Of a DNA stretch of 64,000 nt, positions 38,184 through 48,343 are shown in pieces. Each line of letters opens with the position of its first letter. Positions within the stretch are counted from its first letter, which is position 1. Source of the DNA: Candidatus Heimdallarchaeota archaeon. Its GTDB lineage: Archaea; Asgardarchaeota; Heimdallarchaeia; Heimdallarchaeales; Heimdallarchaeaceae. The stretch spans positions 32,001 through 96,000 of the forward strand of contig JAUVXV010000003.1 in assembly GCA_030603365.1 (NCBI GenBank), read 5' to 3'. The notes under the pieces are model-generated. The model made no database searches. It saw only the letters and a list, made by a program, of their open reading frames with translations, and was not told the DNA's origin. Made by a program: the position numbers and the translations under genes.

Positions 38184-38525
38184 TTAAGCTAGTACGACAG
38201 CAATAATGATTATAATTACTGAAATTGCAGTGATTGTACCCATTATCCATATCCATTCCTTGAATATATTTTCAGCTTCTTCAGGTTTGTCTCTCTTTTT
38301 CATACGGAGAGATGATGCTATTCCTGCCACTGCAAGAGGATATAGAATAAATACGATATTTACTGCATTGAAAGCTGAACTAACAAAGACGGAAATAAAT
38401 GAGATTATGAAAAGCACAGCACCTACTATTGAGATTAAATCCAATATTTTATCTCCAAAATCAATTTTTCTGTATTCTTCTCTTGCTGATTTGACTGTTT
38501 CACCAATACTTTGTCTGATACTCAT
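38184..38525 (-). CDS. Small three-TM membrane protein
   Basis: Hydrophobic segments; co-oriented with its neighbours. Confidence 0.7.
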   Translation of the reverse strand: MSIRQSIGETVKSAREEYRKIDFGDKILDLISIVGAVLFIISFISVFVSSAFNAVNIVFILYPLAVAGIASSLRMKKRDKPEEAENIFKEWIWIMGTITAISVIIIIIAVVLA

Positions 38526-38612
38526 GGTTATTCACGCTTTTGGGCTCTCGACTTAAAGACGAATAATCTATTTATAAATATTGTTTTCAAATCGGAAAAT
38601 GATAAATGATGC

Positions 38613-38984
38613 TTACTCAATATTTTCAATTCTAACTCCAGTAGATGTCTGTAGTTTTTCGATGATTTTGAGATTCTTTGTAATAGCTCCGATGACAGCC
38701 ATCTTTGAATCAAACCTTTGATCACTTAGTAAAACGATAATTGCTTTAGCTTTAGAATCATAAGCAATTTCACCTTTTTTACCAGTTTCTTTTGGTTTTT
38801 CAATAGCGTATAATACTTGTGTGGGGATGACAAACATACCCTCACGTTTTAATCCCCTAGAGGTTATTGGTAAATTTCGGTTTATCAACTCTGTTAGATG
38901 AGGTCCCTTAATTCTTATTAACTCTCCTTCAGCATCTCCTTTTCCTGGAAGAATAAATTTTATTCTATAAATATCTCCAATCAT
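38613..38984 (-). CDS. Cyclophilin-like fold protein (DUF369-like)
   Basis: GELIRIKGPHLTELINRNLPI, EKPKETGKKGEIAY, VIGAITKNL. Confidence 0.6.
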   Translation of the reverse strand: MIGDIYRIKFILPGKGDAEGELIRIKGPHLTELINRNLPITSRGLKREGMFVIPTQVLYAIEKPKETGKKGEIAYDSKAKAIIVLLSDQRFDSKMAVIGAITKNLKIIEKLQTSTGVRIENIE

Positions 38985-39108
38985 TCTATTTCTCGAGATT
39001 CATACCACCTATTTATATTGTTTGTTTCTTGGTGATTCCGAAAGATAAAATATATTAGTGCAGAAGTTAACTTGTATACTAAGCCTTTGTAAAACTCAAA
39101 GGAGTTAG

Positions 39109-39312
39109 ATGAAAATGGGACGTTATATTACACCTAAAGTTGATGTAAAAGACCTTCTACTTGTATCTGAAGAAGAATCGGAAATAAAATGTGGAAAATG
39201 TAACAAACCCATGACATTCACTATTTTTTACAAAGATAAAGAAACATATGATTTTCTTATATGTAAAGATTGTGAGATTTTTATGCAAAGAGTTATTGAT
39301 GAAGATTTATGA
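39109..39312 (+). CDS. Small zinc-finger protein
   Basis: KCGKCNKPM...LICKDC; GGAG SD upstream. Confidence 0.75.
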   Translation: MKMGRYITPKVDVKDLLLVSEEESEIKCGKCNKPMTFTIFYKDKETYDFLICKDCEIFMQRVIDEDL

Positions 39313-39398
39313 AGCAATTAAAATGATCTTATTTTATCTTTTTTTTCATCTATCAAAGGTAAAGTTAAAAAAGTCTTGATAAATTTTATCAAAATTAG

Positions 39399-39475
39399 AG
39401 CTCCATAGTCTAGTGGCCAATGATACAGGGATATTTATCACTGTGGCGGATGTTCGAATCATCTTGGAGCTACCA
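39399..39475 (+). tRNA. tRNA-Gln-like gene with an aberrant anticodon arm (pseudo-tRNA or non-canonical tRNA)
   Basis: Acceptor AGCTCCA/TGGAGCT + ACCA; D arm TAGTCTAGTGG like tRNA-Gln(CTG); T arm GGATG-TTCGAAT-CATCT; anticodon arm CAGGG-ATATTTAT-CACTG (8-nt loop, G.A mismatch). Confidence 0.8.
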
Positions 39476-39536
39476 ATTTCTTATTCTTTGGAAGAATACT
39501 ATATTAAAATGGAAAAAAAGAGGAAACGTGGTTAAA

Positions 39537-41135
39537 ATGATTACTTGGATGAAAAATTTGATTTCAAATAATTATCTAAAACTAATAACTGCGTTTATAA
39601 TTCTTAACCTATTGACAATACAAACAATAGGAATAAACGGACATACTTCAATTTTAAATAATATTCAAATTTATAATTCTACAACTGTAAATTCTTCTAA
39701 TCGTTTTGAAGGATATAACTTATTCGTACTTGAACAACATAATTACTCAACATCTGCATTTATAAGTCGTAAAATATTGATTTCTGACTTAGAAGGAGAT
39801 GTTATTTTTGAAAGAGATGTTAACCCCAATATTGTACTTGCTGACCAACCCATTGAGTTCATTAATTCTACAACTATACTTTATGGTGATTATGATGGTA
39901 CTAAATTGTGGAATATAGAAACAAACGTTACTGTGAATATGTTCTTTAAAGGTCATCATGAGATAGAGATGGATTATCTCCGAAATACATATTTTACTTT
40001 CGGCACACATAATATTGAAGTTGATAATAACACGTATATTTTTGATCTTATCAATGAATATAATGCCAGCGGTCATCTTATTCGTTCTATAGACACTAGC
40101 AATTATGTTGAACTATGGCATACTTGCCCATTTGAAGACAAAGTAAATGGTACAGTAGATCTTACTCACGCTAATTCTCTTGTTTTTGATGAAGATGAAG
40201 ATATGATGTATTTAAATTGTAGAAACACAAATACATTTTACAAAATAGACTATCAGACCGGAGATCTAATCTGGAGTTTAGGAGAATATGGTAATTTTAC
40301 TATGTATGATATTTATGGGAATCAGAGAGATTATCTGTTCTTTCATAGCCACAGTCTAGAAAAAATCGATAGTAATAGATTTCTACTTTTTGATAATGAT
40401 TTCCATAATCAAACTGATGCAACTAATCGAGAATCAAGATTGGTGGAAATAACTGTTGATGAGGATAAAATGCAAGCAAATGTGACATGGGAATGGACAG
40501 GACCAGAAAACTATTGGAGCGTTTTTTGGGGTGATTGTGATATTCTACCTAATGATAACAAATTAGGTGTATTTGGTTTTACTTCTTCAATAGAAGGAAT
40601 TGAAGGTGCAAAAGTTGTTGAAGTAAATAATAACGGTACAATAGTTTGGGAACTCTCATCACCTTTAGAAGAAGATTTACTATATGCAATTTATGGAATG
40701 GAAAGGTTCAGATTTTCCCCAATAACATCTGCGCCTATATTAAATGATTTAGGGAATAATCAATATTTTGAGTGGGATTTATGGTACAATTTTAGATCAA
40801 AAACAAATTTTACGGGAGAATATTTCATCTATTTAGATAATCAAATGGTAGACAATAAGAACATCACTTTTCCTAAATTTTGGAAGTCTATTAATGTAAA
40901 ATACTATACGGGAGAAATAACTCCAGGAGAACATCAAATATCAATAGTTGTAGCAGATGAGGGAGGACATCTGTCGAATGATTCTGCTTTTTATAATAAT
41001 ATAGGTACTATTCACTATGAAGTGAATAGAAATATTAAACTCATTCTCGGATTATCTTTGGGAATAGGAGTCCCAGTTTCTGTAGCTTTAGTTTTTACAT
41101 GGTTAAAGTATTTCAGAAAAAGAGTTCAACAATGA
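39537..41135 (+). CDS. Arylsulfotransferase (ASST)-like beta-propeller surface protein, copy 1
   Basis: GHHE, DLTHANS, HSHS, LLFDN, WGDCDILPN; signal peptide and C-terminal TM. Start placed by alignment with copy 2. Confidence 0.82.
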   Translation: MITWMKNLISNNYLKLITAFIILNLLTIQTIGINGHTSILNNIQIYNSTTVNSSNRFEGYNLFVLEQHNYSTSAFISRKILISDLEGDVIFERDVNPNIVLADQPIEFINSTTILYGDYDGTKLWNIETNVTVNMFFKGHHEIEMDYLRNTYFTFGTHNIEVDNNTYIFDLINEYNASGHLIRSIDTSNYVELWHTCPFEDKVNGTVDLTHANSLVFDEDEDMMYLNCRNTNTFYKIDYQTGDLIWSLGEYGNFTMYDIYGNQRDYLFFHSHSLEKIDSNRFLLFDNDFHNQTDATNRESRLVEITVDEDKMQANVTWEWTGPENYWSVFWGDCDILPNDNKLGVFGFTSSIEGIEGAKVVEVNNNGTIVWELSSPLEEDLLYAIYGMERFRFSPITSAPILNDLGNNQYFEWDLWYNFRSKTNFTGEYFIYLDNQMVDNKNITFPKFWKSINVKYYTGEITPGEHQISIVVADEGGHLSNDSAFYNNIGTIHYEVNRNIKLILGLSLGIGVPVSVALVFTWLKYFRKRVQQ

Positions 41136-42943
41136 TAATAGTATAAGTACAATAAATTTATTAATTCTTAGGCTTGAATCTGTAATACACTGAATGGCGG
41201 TGTCATAGAAACAAAAAATGCAGTTTTGATGAACCTCATTAAAGTGAAAAAAAGAGGAAAGAGGTCAAAAATGATTCCTTGGAAGAAAAATATTGTTTCA
41301 AACAATTATATAAAATTAGTATCTGTTTTAATAATTCTTAACCTATTAACAATACAAACAATGGGAACAAACGGACATATTTCAATTTCAACCAAAATCC
41401 AAATTACTAATTCTAAAGATGTAAGTTCTTCCAACCGTTTTGAAGGATATAACTTGTTCATACTTGAACAACATAACTCCTCAACTCTTGCGTTTATAAA
41501 TCGTAAAATATTGATTTCTGATTTAGAAGGAAATGTTATTTTTGAAAGAGATGCAAGTACCAGTATTCTACTTGGTGACCAACCCATTGAGTTTATTAAT
41601 TCCACGACTATACTTTATGGAGATTATGGTGGCACCAAATTATGGAATCTAGAAACAGATGTTACTGTGAATCTGTTTTTTGGAGGTCATCACGAGATAG
41701 AAATGGACTATCTCCGGAACACATATTTTACTTTCAGCGCACATCAGATTGAAGTTAATAATACCACGTATCTTTTTGATCTTATCAATGAATATAATTC
41801 CAGTGGTCATCTTATTCGTTCTATAGATACTAGCAATTATGTTGAATTAGAGCATACCTGCCCATTTGAAGACAAATTAAATGGTTCAGTAGATATTTCT
41901 CATGCTAATTCTCTTGTTTTTGATGAAGATGAAGATATGATGTACTTAAACTGTAGAAACCCAAATACATTTTACAAAATAGACCATCAGACCGGGGATT
42001 TAATCTGGAGTTTAGGAGAATATGGTGATTTTACTATGTATGATATTTATGGTAATCAGCAAGATCATCTATTCTTTCATAGCCACAGTCTAGAAAAAAT
42101 CGATAGTAATAGATTTCTACTTTTTGATAATGATTTCCATAATCAAACTGATGCAACTAATGGAAAATCTAGATTGATGGAAATAACTATTGATGAGGAT
42201 AAAATGTATGCAAATGTGACATGGCAATGGATAGGACCAGAAGATTACTGGAGCATTTTCTGGGGTGATTGTGATATTCTTCCTAATAATAACAAATTGG
42301 GAGTATTTGCCTTTACTTCTTCTCTAGAAGGAGCTGAAGGTGCTAAAGCTGTTGAAGTAAATAATGAGGGTAATGTAGTTTGGGAACTCTCATCAACTTT
42401 AGAAGAAGGAGTACTATGTGCAATTTATAGAATGGAAAGGTTTAGATTTTCTCCGATAACATCTGCGCCAGTATATATTGAATTTGAGAATAATCAATGT
42501 TTTGAGTGGGATATATGGTATAATTTTAGATCAAAAACAAATTTTACAGGAGAATATTCCATCTATTTAGATAATGAAATGGTAGAGAATAAGAACATCA
42601 CTTTTCCAAAATTTTGGAAGTCTACCCAAGCTCAATACTATCTAGGAGATATATCTCCAGGAGAACATCAAATATCAATAGTCGTAGCAGATGAAGGAGG
42701 ACACTTGTCTAATGATTCAGTTTTTTATAATAATATAGGTTCTATTAACTTCAAAGTGGATAGAAATATTAAACTCATTCTCGGATTATCTTTAGGACTG
42801 GGGGTCCCAGTTTCTGTAGCTTTAGTTTTTACATGGTTAAAGTATTTCAGAAAAAGAGTTCCACAACGATAATAGTATAAGTACGATAAATTTATTAATT
42901 CTTAGGCTTGAATCTGTAATACACTGAATGGAGGTGTCATAGA
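41026..42943 (+). repeat. Near-identical direct repeat covering the 3' end and downstream region of both ASST genes
   Basis: 41026-41209 matches 42760-42943 (offset 1734), including about 70 nt of non-coding sequence with 2 mismatches. Confidence 0.9.
41271..42872 (+). CDS. Arylsulfotransferase (ASST)-like surface protein, copy 2 (tandem paralog)
   Basis: Same motifs, collinear with copy 1 over the whole length. Confidence 0.82.
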   Translation: MIPWKKNIVSNNYIKLVSVLIILNLLTIQTMGTNGHISISTKIQITNSKDVSSSNRFEGYNLFILEQHNSSTLAFINRKILISDLEGNVIFERDASTSILLGDQPIEFINSTTILYGDYGGTKLWNLETDVTVNLFFGGHHEIEMDYLRNTYFTFSAHQIEVNNTTYLFDLINEYNSSGHLIRSIDTSNYVELEHTCPFEDKLNGSVDISHANSLVFDEDEDMMYLNCRNPNTFYKIDHQTGDLIWSLGEYGDFTMYDIYGNQQDHLFFHSHSLEKIDSNRFLLFDNDFHNQTDATNGKSRLMEITIDEDKMYANVTWQWIGPEDYWSIFWGDCDILPNNNKLGVFAFTSSLEGAEGAKAVEVNNEGNVVWELSSTLEEGVLCAIYRMERFRFSPITSAPVYIEFENNQCFEWDIWYNFRSKTNFTGEYSIYLDNEMVENKNITFPKFWKSTQAQYYLGDISPGEHQISIVVADEGGHLSNDSVFYNNIGSINFKVDRNIKLILGLSLGLGVPVSVALVFTWLKYFRKRVPQR

Positions 42944-43098
42944 CAAAATGAATGTAAAAACTAAAATTAATACAGAGCCATTTATTTGTTTCAAATCTGC
43001 TACTATGACAGCTCTAGTGAGACTATAAAGTCGATCTAATTTTACTTCGCTTAATCAATATTCATACTATAAATGGAATTTTTGTCTTAAGCCTCTCT

Positions 43099-43902
43099 GT
43101 GTATGTGATTAAAGTGTTAAACAAAGAATACCTAGAAAGAAGAGATGGAGAAGGAATAGAAGAAATATCTCCTGATGAAGCATTAGCTGAGGCTATAGAA
43201 AATGGTCTCATCGTCGATGCTCGTCAAATAATTGGTGAAGGAAAAGAAGCCTTTGTCTGCTGGGGTATAGATAATTTAGAAAGACTAGTAGCTGTGAAAA
43301 CCTATAAACTTTACAAAACTACACATAGAGGGGTCATTCATAGTACACATAGAACGAATCCTTATGTAATGATTTCACAGTTTGCGAAATTGGAATACTA
43401 CAAAAATCTAGATTTATTTCAATCAAAATTACCTGTTCCTCAACCCTACAAATATGCAGGATTTAGTTATTCCATGCAATTAATTGGTGATGAAGATGGT
43501 CCTGCTCCCTTACTAAGAGATTTAAATAAAACTTTTTTCAGAAACCCTGCTGATATTCTGGAACAATGTATTGATATTCTATATGAGATGTTTCAAGCAC
43601 ATTATGTTCATGGAGATTTTAGCGAACACAACCTAATTTGGCATGAAGACCAAGTCTTTCTTATTGATTTCCTTCAAGCAAAGAATTTTGCTCTTAAAGA
43701 TGCGGTTACCTATGGATCACCGCTGATACCTATCTCAAGAGCATATAGAATATTAAGAAAGGATTTGAACTCGATTTTACCGTTTTTCAAAAGACAATAC
43801 CGAATTGAGGTTGATTACAACGAAGTATTAGATTATATCTTAGGAGAAATTAAAGAAAAAGTTCATAGAGAGCTCGAACTTAATTTAGAAACAAGTTCGT
43901 AA
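43099..43902 (+). CDS. RIO-family serine protein kinase (Rio1-like)
   Basis: IGEGKEAFV, VAVK, PVPQP, GPAPLL, VHGDFSEHN, IDFLQ. Confidence 0.9.
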   Translation: MYVIKVLNKEYLERRDGEGIEEISPDEALAEAIENGLIVDARQIIGEGKEAFVCWGIDNLERLVAVKTYKLYKTTHRGVIHSTHRTNPYVMISQFAKLEYYKNLDLFQSKLPVPQPYKYAGFSYSMQLIGDEDGPAPLLRDLNKTFFRNPADILEQCIDILYEMFQAHYVHGDFSEHNLIWHEDQVFLIDFLQAKNFALKDAVTYGSPLIPISRAYRILRKDLNSILPFFKRQYRIEVDYNEVLDYILGEIKEKVHRELELNLETSS

Positions 43903-43912
43903 TCTCTTTTTT

Positions 43913-44602
43913 TTACATTTCTTTTATCTGTTTAAGTGTTCCTAGTCCGTATTCATCTTCTAGTTTAGTAAGAACTGACTCTATTCGAGCAATTTCTGTA
44001 GAAGCTTCTTCTTTAGAAATTTCCTCTGATTTCAATTGAAATTTAATTTTCATCATGTCCGCCCAAACTGCTAAACTTTCGTTTTGAGGTTCTTCAAGTG
44101 CTAATTTTGATGTTTCTTCTAATGTTTTGATTGATGCTAATACTTCATCTTTGATGAACTCGCTTACTCCAACTAACCATTTAGCCCAGAGCATAGGTAC
44201 CTTATCTCCTATCTCTTTTCGAAGTTCATAATCTCTTACTGCAGCATTGAAACCTGGTTCAATTAGTGTTTCATCAACACCATCATCTGAGTTCGGAAAA
44301 CAAAATGATGCAACATTATGATTTAACATCCCTGCTACAAGTTTTGCATCTTTACCAAGGGCATACTCAATAGCTAGTTTTGAATAAACTAAAATCTCTT
44401 TCATGGTAGTTATTTGCTTTCCAATGGGGGGCCATCCTCCACCCAATTCTTTGATCTGAATCTGTATGTCTATTAGGTTTTTCAGAATTGCTTTATCATC
44501 ATCAAATAAGTTAGAAATGAAAGGTATTATCTCCTTTTCTTTGTTATTTTTATACAATTCAAGGAACTTCTCTGCAATTTCTTTTGATTCCATTTTGTTC
44601 AA
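43913..44602 (-). CDS. Hypothetical all-helical protein
   Basis: 229-aa ORF with a helical-repeat pattern; no recognised motif. Confidence 0.65.
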   Translation of the reverse strand: MNKMESKEIAEKFLELYKNNKEKEIIPFISNLFDDDKAILKNLIDIQIQIKELGGGWPPIGKQITTMKEILVYSKLAIEYALGKDAKLVAGMLNHNVASFCFPNSDDGVDETLIEPGFNAAVRDYELRKEIGDKVPMLWAKWLVGVSEFIKDEVLASIKTLEETSKLALEEPQNESLAVWADMMKIKFQLKSEEISKEEASTEIARIESVLTKLEDEYGLGTLKQIKEM

Positions 44603-44653
44603 ATAAAAATTAGCGTAAAATTATATATATATATTCAATTTTAACAGCAAATT

Positions 44654-45472
44654 CTATCCTAGAGTGAAGAAATATATTAAGAAAAGCAAATTTCCTACAA
44701 GAATATTGATAATATAACCGATTAGAAGGAAAACAATTCCAGGTGGTAAAACCTTGACCCATATCTGTTTTCTTTCAGTTTCTTTAATCTTTTCTTCAAC
44801 TTCTCGCTTGAACTCTTCCTCCTCTTCTACTTCCACAACTTGCATAAAGTGCTTAATATTCCATTTCTCACTTTTTTCATCATATTCTTCTGAATAAACA
44901 ATATCATGTCTATTTTTTGCTTTATCCACTGGTATAAGATAACCTGACATCAACATCAAAATTTTACTAGCGAAATTTGCATTGGTATTCTCAAAGAGAT
45001 TCTTTCCCTTGACTTTTATAAACAGATTATAGAATATTAAGGGAAGTGGATAAAAAATAACCATTACCAACAACCAATTGAAAAAAGTGTTGAAAACTGG
45101 AGGAATAATACCATATACAGGTTGTAGTAGAAAGTTGAAACTAAATATGTAAACTGGTGTGTTAAATGAAAGTGCCATTATTGCTTTTGCATCAGCTCCC
45201 CCCATTACACCAGTATAATAGAGTAGTAGACCTAATATGATCCCTACTGCTACGTTGATTCCAAACATTGTTCCTACCTTTCTTGAATCTTCTGCATAAA
45301 TTATTAGAAAAATTGTTGTTAGAATACCAACTACTGTCATAACAATCCAAGGAATATCTGACACTTCTCGTTTTTTTAGATCCATAATCGAACTTATGAC
45401 AAAACACGCAATTACTGTTACTACTTGGATAATAAACATAGTAAGATAAACTGGATATGAGGCTACAACCAT
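44654..45472 (-). CDS. Prepilin/prearchaellin peptidase (A24, PibD/FlaK-like)
   Basis: MDLKKREVSD, MGGADAK, C-terminal IWV..PGIVFL. Confidence 0.9.
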   Translation of the reverse strand: MVVASYPVYLTMFIIQVVTVIACFVISSIMDLKKREVSDIPWIVMTVVGILTTIFLIIYAEDSRKVGTMFGINVAVGIILGLLLYYTGVMGGADAKAIMALSFNTPVYIFSFNFLLQPVYGIIPPVFNTFFNWLLVMVIFYPLPLIFYNLFIKVKGKNLFENTNANFASKILMLMSGYLIPVDKAKNRHDIVYSEEYDEKSEKWNIKHFMQVVEVEEEEEFKREVEEKIKETERKQIWVKVLPPGIVFLLIGYIINILVGNLLFLIYFFTLG

Positions 45473-45597
45473 TTGAATACAATTGTTTTGTTATTATAAC
45501 CTTATATTACTTTTTTTGTGATGGTAGTTGATTGGAAAACTTGAAATAAAGTAGATTTACTATAAAATTAACAGCTGTTAAACCCTGATGAATAGAC

Positions 45598-46380
45598 ATG
45601 ATTGATACAAATTTCGAAGTAATTCCAATTGAATCTTTTTCTTCAATTTCAACTAGATTGAATTCCGTTGTAGGAGAGAAAATGATTTTTCTAGCAGGTA
45701 AATGCTCAGCTGTTTTTGATGGTAGAATAAAGTCCACTTTGGATGAAGGAGACAGAATTGTAATCATTAAGAAAGATCTCTCGATATTGATGCATGGACC
45801 AATAGGAGTCAAACCATTAAATTGGCAGAAACCCCAGGCAGGACCAATTCGATTCAATGCAACAGAAGATTATCTACAAATGTTTACTCAAAGAACAAAA
45901 ACTCAGGAAGTTCTAACAATTAATTTCACAAAACTCTCATTTGTTTCTCTTTGGCATGCTTACGATGTGTCAGAGATAATCATTTATGGTGATGAAAGCG
46001 ATCTGGTGAAATATCTGGTTTCTTTCCCTGAAATAATAGAAACGGGTTTCCAAGTAATCAAAACCGAGTATAACACAGAAGTAGGACCTGTGGATATCAG
46101 AGGAATAGGAAAAAATGGAGAAACAATTATTGAAGTAAAGAAACGTAAAGCTACTCCTGCTGATGCTCATCAACTTAAGAGATACATTGAATATTTCCAA
46201 GATAAAGAGCAGAAAGATGTAATTGGTATTCTAATTGCTCCAGATTTTCCAGATAAAGTACAAAAATACCTTGATGAAAATGGATTGATTGCAAAGAAGA
46301 TTTCTTGGGAAGAAATATTCCCGACAATTAATCGTCCAAGAAGTGCTCTACTTGAGGATTTTTTTGAAGAAAAAAAATAA
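45598..46380 (+). CDS. nucS: Endonuclease NucS/EndoMS
   Basis: GRIKSTLDEGDRIVIIKKD, KPLNWQ, GDESDL, EY..GPVDI, IEVK, QLKRY. Confidence 0.93.
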   Translation: MIDTNFEVIPIESFSSISTRLNSVVGEKMIFLAGKCSAVFDGRIKSTLDEGDRIVIIKKDLSILMHGPIGVKPLNWQKPQAGPIRFNATEDYLQMFTQRTKTQEVLTINFTKLSFVSLWHAYDVSEIIIYGDESDLVKYLVSFPEIIETGFQVIKTEYNTEVGPVDIRGIGKNGETIIEVKKRKATPADAHQLKRYIEYFQDKEQKDVIGILIAPDFPDKVQKYLDENGLIAKKISWEEIFPTINRPRSALLEDFFEEKK

Positions 46381-46399
46381 AAAAATTGTTTTAATAACT

Positions 46400-46720
46400 T
46401 TAAGCTAACGGACCACAAGGTTCTTCTGGCATAACAATCCACATAATTATATACGCCCAGAAGGTAGCAGATCCTGTGAACAAGAAACTAAGTAGGGTTA
46501 TAACTCTAACAAGACTGATGTCTAAGTCGAAATACTTAGCTGCTCCAGAACAAACTCCTCCAATTTGTTTGTTATCAGAGCAACGAACAAATTTCTTTGT
46601 TCCAGTTTGAACCACTGGTTGTTGAACCTCGGCTTGGTCAATATTTCTTCCACATTTACCACAGAATACTGCATCATTAGGATTTTCAGTTCCACATTGG
46701 GGGCAAATCATATTACTCAA
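46400..46720 (-). CDS. Zinc-ribbon + PspC domain protein
   Basis: CPQCG...FCGKCG; RCSDNKQIGGVCSGAAKYF...AYIIMWIVMP. Confidence 0.88.
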   Translation of the reverse strand: MSNMICPQCGTENPNDAVFCGKCGRNIDQAEVQQPVVQTGTKKFVRCSDNKQIGGVCSGAAKYFDLDISLVRVITLLSFLFTGSATFWAYIIMWIVMPEEPCGPLA

Positions 46721-46831
46721 CCCTCTTATGTTATTAATATATTTAAAACGTATCTATTCAAAGTGCTTTAATCCCCCCTTGTACTTAATCCAGATTAATT
46801 TTATATACAACTAAACATTTTCAAGAATATT

Positions 46832-47839
46832 ATGAGTAAAGATCCTTTCATAGTTATTAATCCTAATGCTAACACAGGTAAGTTAGGCAAAAAATTGGAT
46901 AAAGCATTAAAGTTAACAAAGGAATACATTGGTGATTTTGATTATGCTTTAACAGAAGGACCTCGTCATGAAGAAGAGTTAGCTCAGAAAGCAATTGATG
47001 AAGGTTATAAAATGTTAGTAGCTCTTGGTGGTGATGGAACAGCAACCAATATGGGTGATGTAATTGTAAATTACCCTGATGTAACACTTGGTCTTTTATC
47101 AGCTGGTTCAATGTGTGATTGGCACAAAACTCATTCTATTCCATATGATTTAGAAGATAGCCTTGCAATATTTGTTGAAGGGCATAGTGAGAAATTTCCT
47201 GCAATGAAATGTAGTGGTGATAGAACTTATTATGCGTTTGATATGACAGATGGTGGATTTACAGGTAAAGCAGCAGCAGCTGCTCATCATGAAATGAAAT
47301 GGATGAAAATTGGTGCAATAAAGTACAATTATCTTGCACTAAAATATGTTTTAAAAACTCCAAATACACCATGTACGGTGACTATTGATGATAAAAACCC
47401 TATAAATGTACCTGGGTTAACAAACTTCTTTGCAGGATTTGGGGATGATATCTCAGGATTTCGTGTTCTTCCAGGAAATCCAGTTTTTAGTAAGAAAAAC
47501 AAAGATTTGGGAATTGGTATATTACATGGAGTGAAAGGCATTAAACGAGTAAGTATGCTTGTAAAATCTATTCCAGGTAACCATTTGGGAATAAAGGGAT
47601 TTTGGTGTACTAGAGGACGAAAATTAATGGTAGAATCCCAAGATATTCCTCTCTGCTGTGAGAGTGAAGGGGAAATATATAATGAAGAAAGTATGAAAGT
47701 GGAAATTGAGCGAATTGATGACGCAATTAACCTCATTGTGCCAAAGGAGAGAGAATATGAAGTGAAATATGACGAATCATATTTCGATGAAGAATTTGAG
47801 GAATCATATACAAAAAGAAAATATGAACAGATAGGTTAG
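46832..47839 (+). CDS. Diacylglycerol kinase-family lipid kinase
   Basis: INPNA, TEGPRH, ALGGDGT, AGSMCD, SEGE. Confidence 0.88.
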   Translation: MSKDPFIVINPNANTGKLGKKLDKALKLTKEYIGDFDYALTEGPRHEEELAQKAIDEGYKMLVALGGDGTATNMGDVIVNYPDVTLGLLSAGSMCDWHKTHSIPYDLEDSLAIFVEGHSEKFPAMKCSGDRTYYAFDMTDGGFTGKAAAAAHHEMKWMKIGAIKYNYLALKYVLKTPNTPCTVTIDDKNPINVPGLTNFFAGFGDDISGFRVLPGNPVFSKKNKDLGIGILHGVKGIKRVSMLVKSIPGNHLGIKGFWCTRGRKLMVESQDIPLCCESEGEIYNEESMKVEIERIDDAINLIVPKEREYEVKYDESYFDEEFEESYTKRKYEQIG

Positions 47840-47984
47840 ATTTCAATTTCAACTAATCTCCTTTTTTTTTAAAACAATTAAGTATTTTCTAAATTAATAA
47901 ATTCTTATCTATGTTGAAAAAAGATTTAAAAGAGTATTCTCCTAATATACCCTAACCTATATTGAAACATCAAGGAAGATCAAC

Positions 47985-48275
47985 ATGTCTGAAGACAAAA
48001 AAAAGAACGCAGTCTACATTGGCAAGAAAGGTACTATGAATTACTGTTTAGTTGTTGTTACAATCTTCAATAAAGGTGAAGAAGAATGCACTATTAGAGC
48101 CAGGGGAAGATCTATTTCTAAAGCAGTAGATGTCGCAGAAATTACAGTTAGAAAATTCTTACCTGAAATGATTGAAATAGCAGATGTTAATATAGGATCT
48201 GAAGATCTCGAAAGTGAAGGACAAATAAAAACAGTATCTACAATTGATATAACACTAAAACATAAAACATCTTAA
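47985..48275 (+). CDS. albA: DNA/RNA-binding chromatin protein Alba
   Basis: VYIGKKGTMNY, IRARGRSISKAVDVAE, VSTIDI. Confidence 0.96.
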   Translation: MSEDKKKNAVYIGKKGTMNYCLVVVTIFNKGEEECTIRARGRSISKAVDVAEITVRKFLPEMIEIADVNIGSEDLESEGQIKTVSTIDITLKHKTS

Positions 48276-48343
48276 GAAAATACCTCCACATAATTAGAGT
48301 AGAGATTTTTCCTCTTATTTTACTTTAATCATTCATTGTTTCT

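Noticed and set aside
39420-39536. N-terminal extension of ASST copy 1 given by the ORF track
   Set aside because: It overlaps the tRNA-like gene; alignment with copy 2 places the start at 39537
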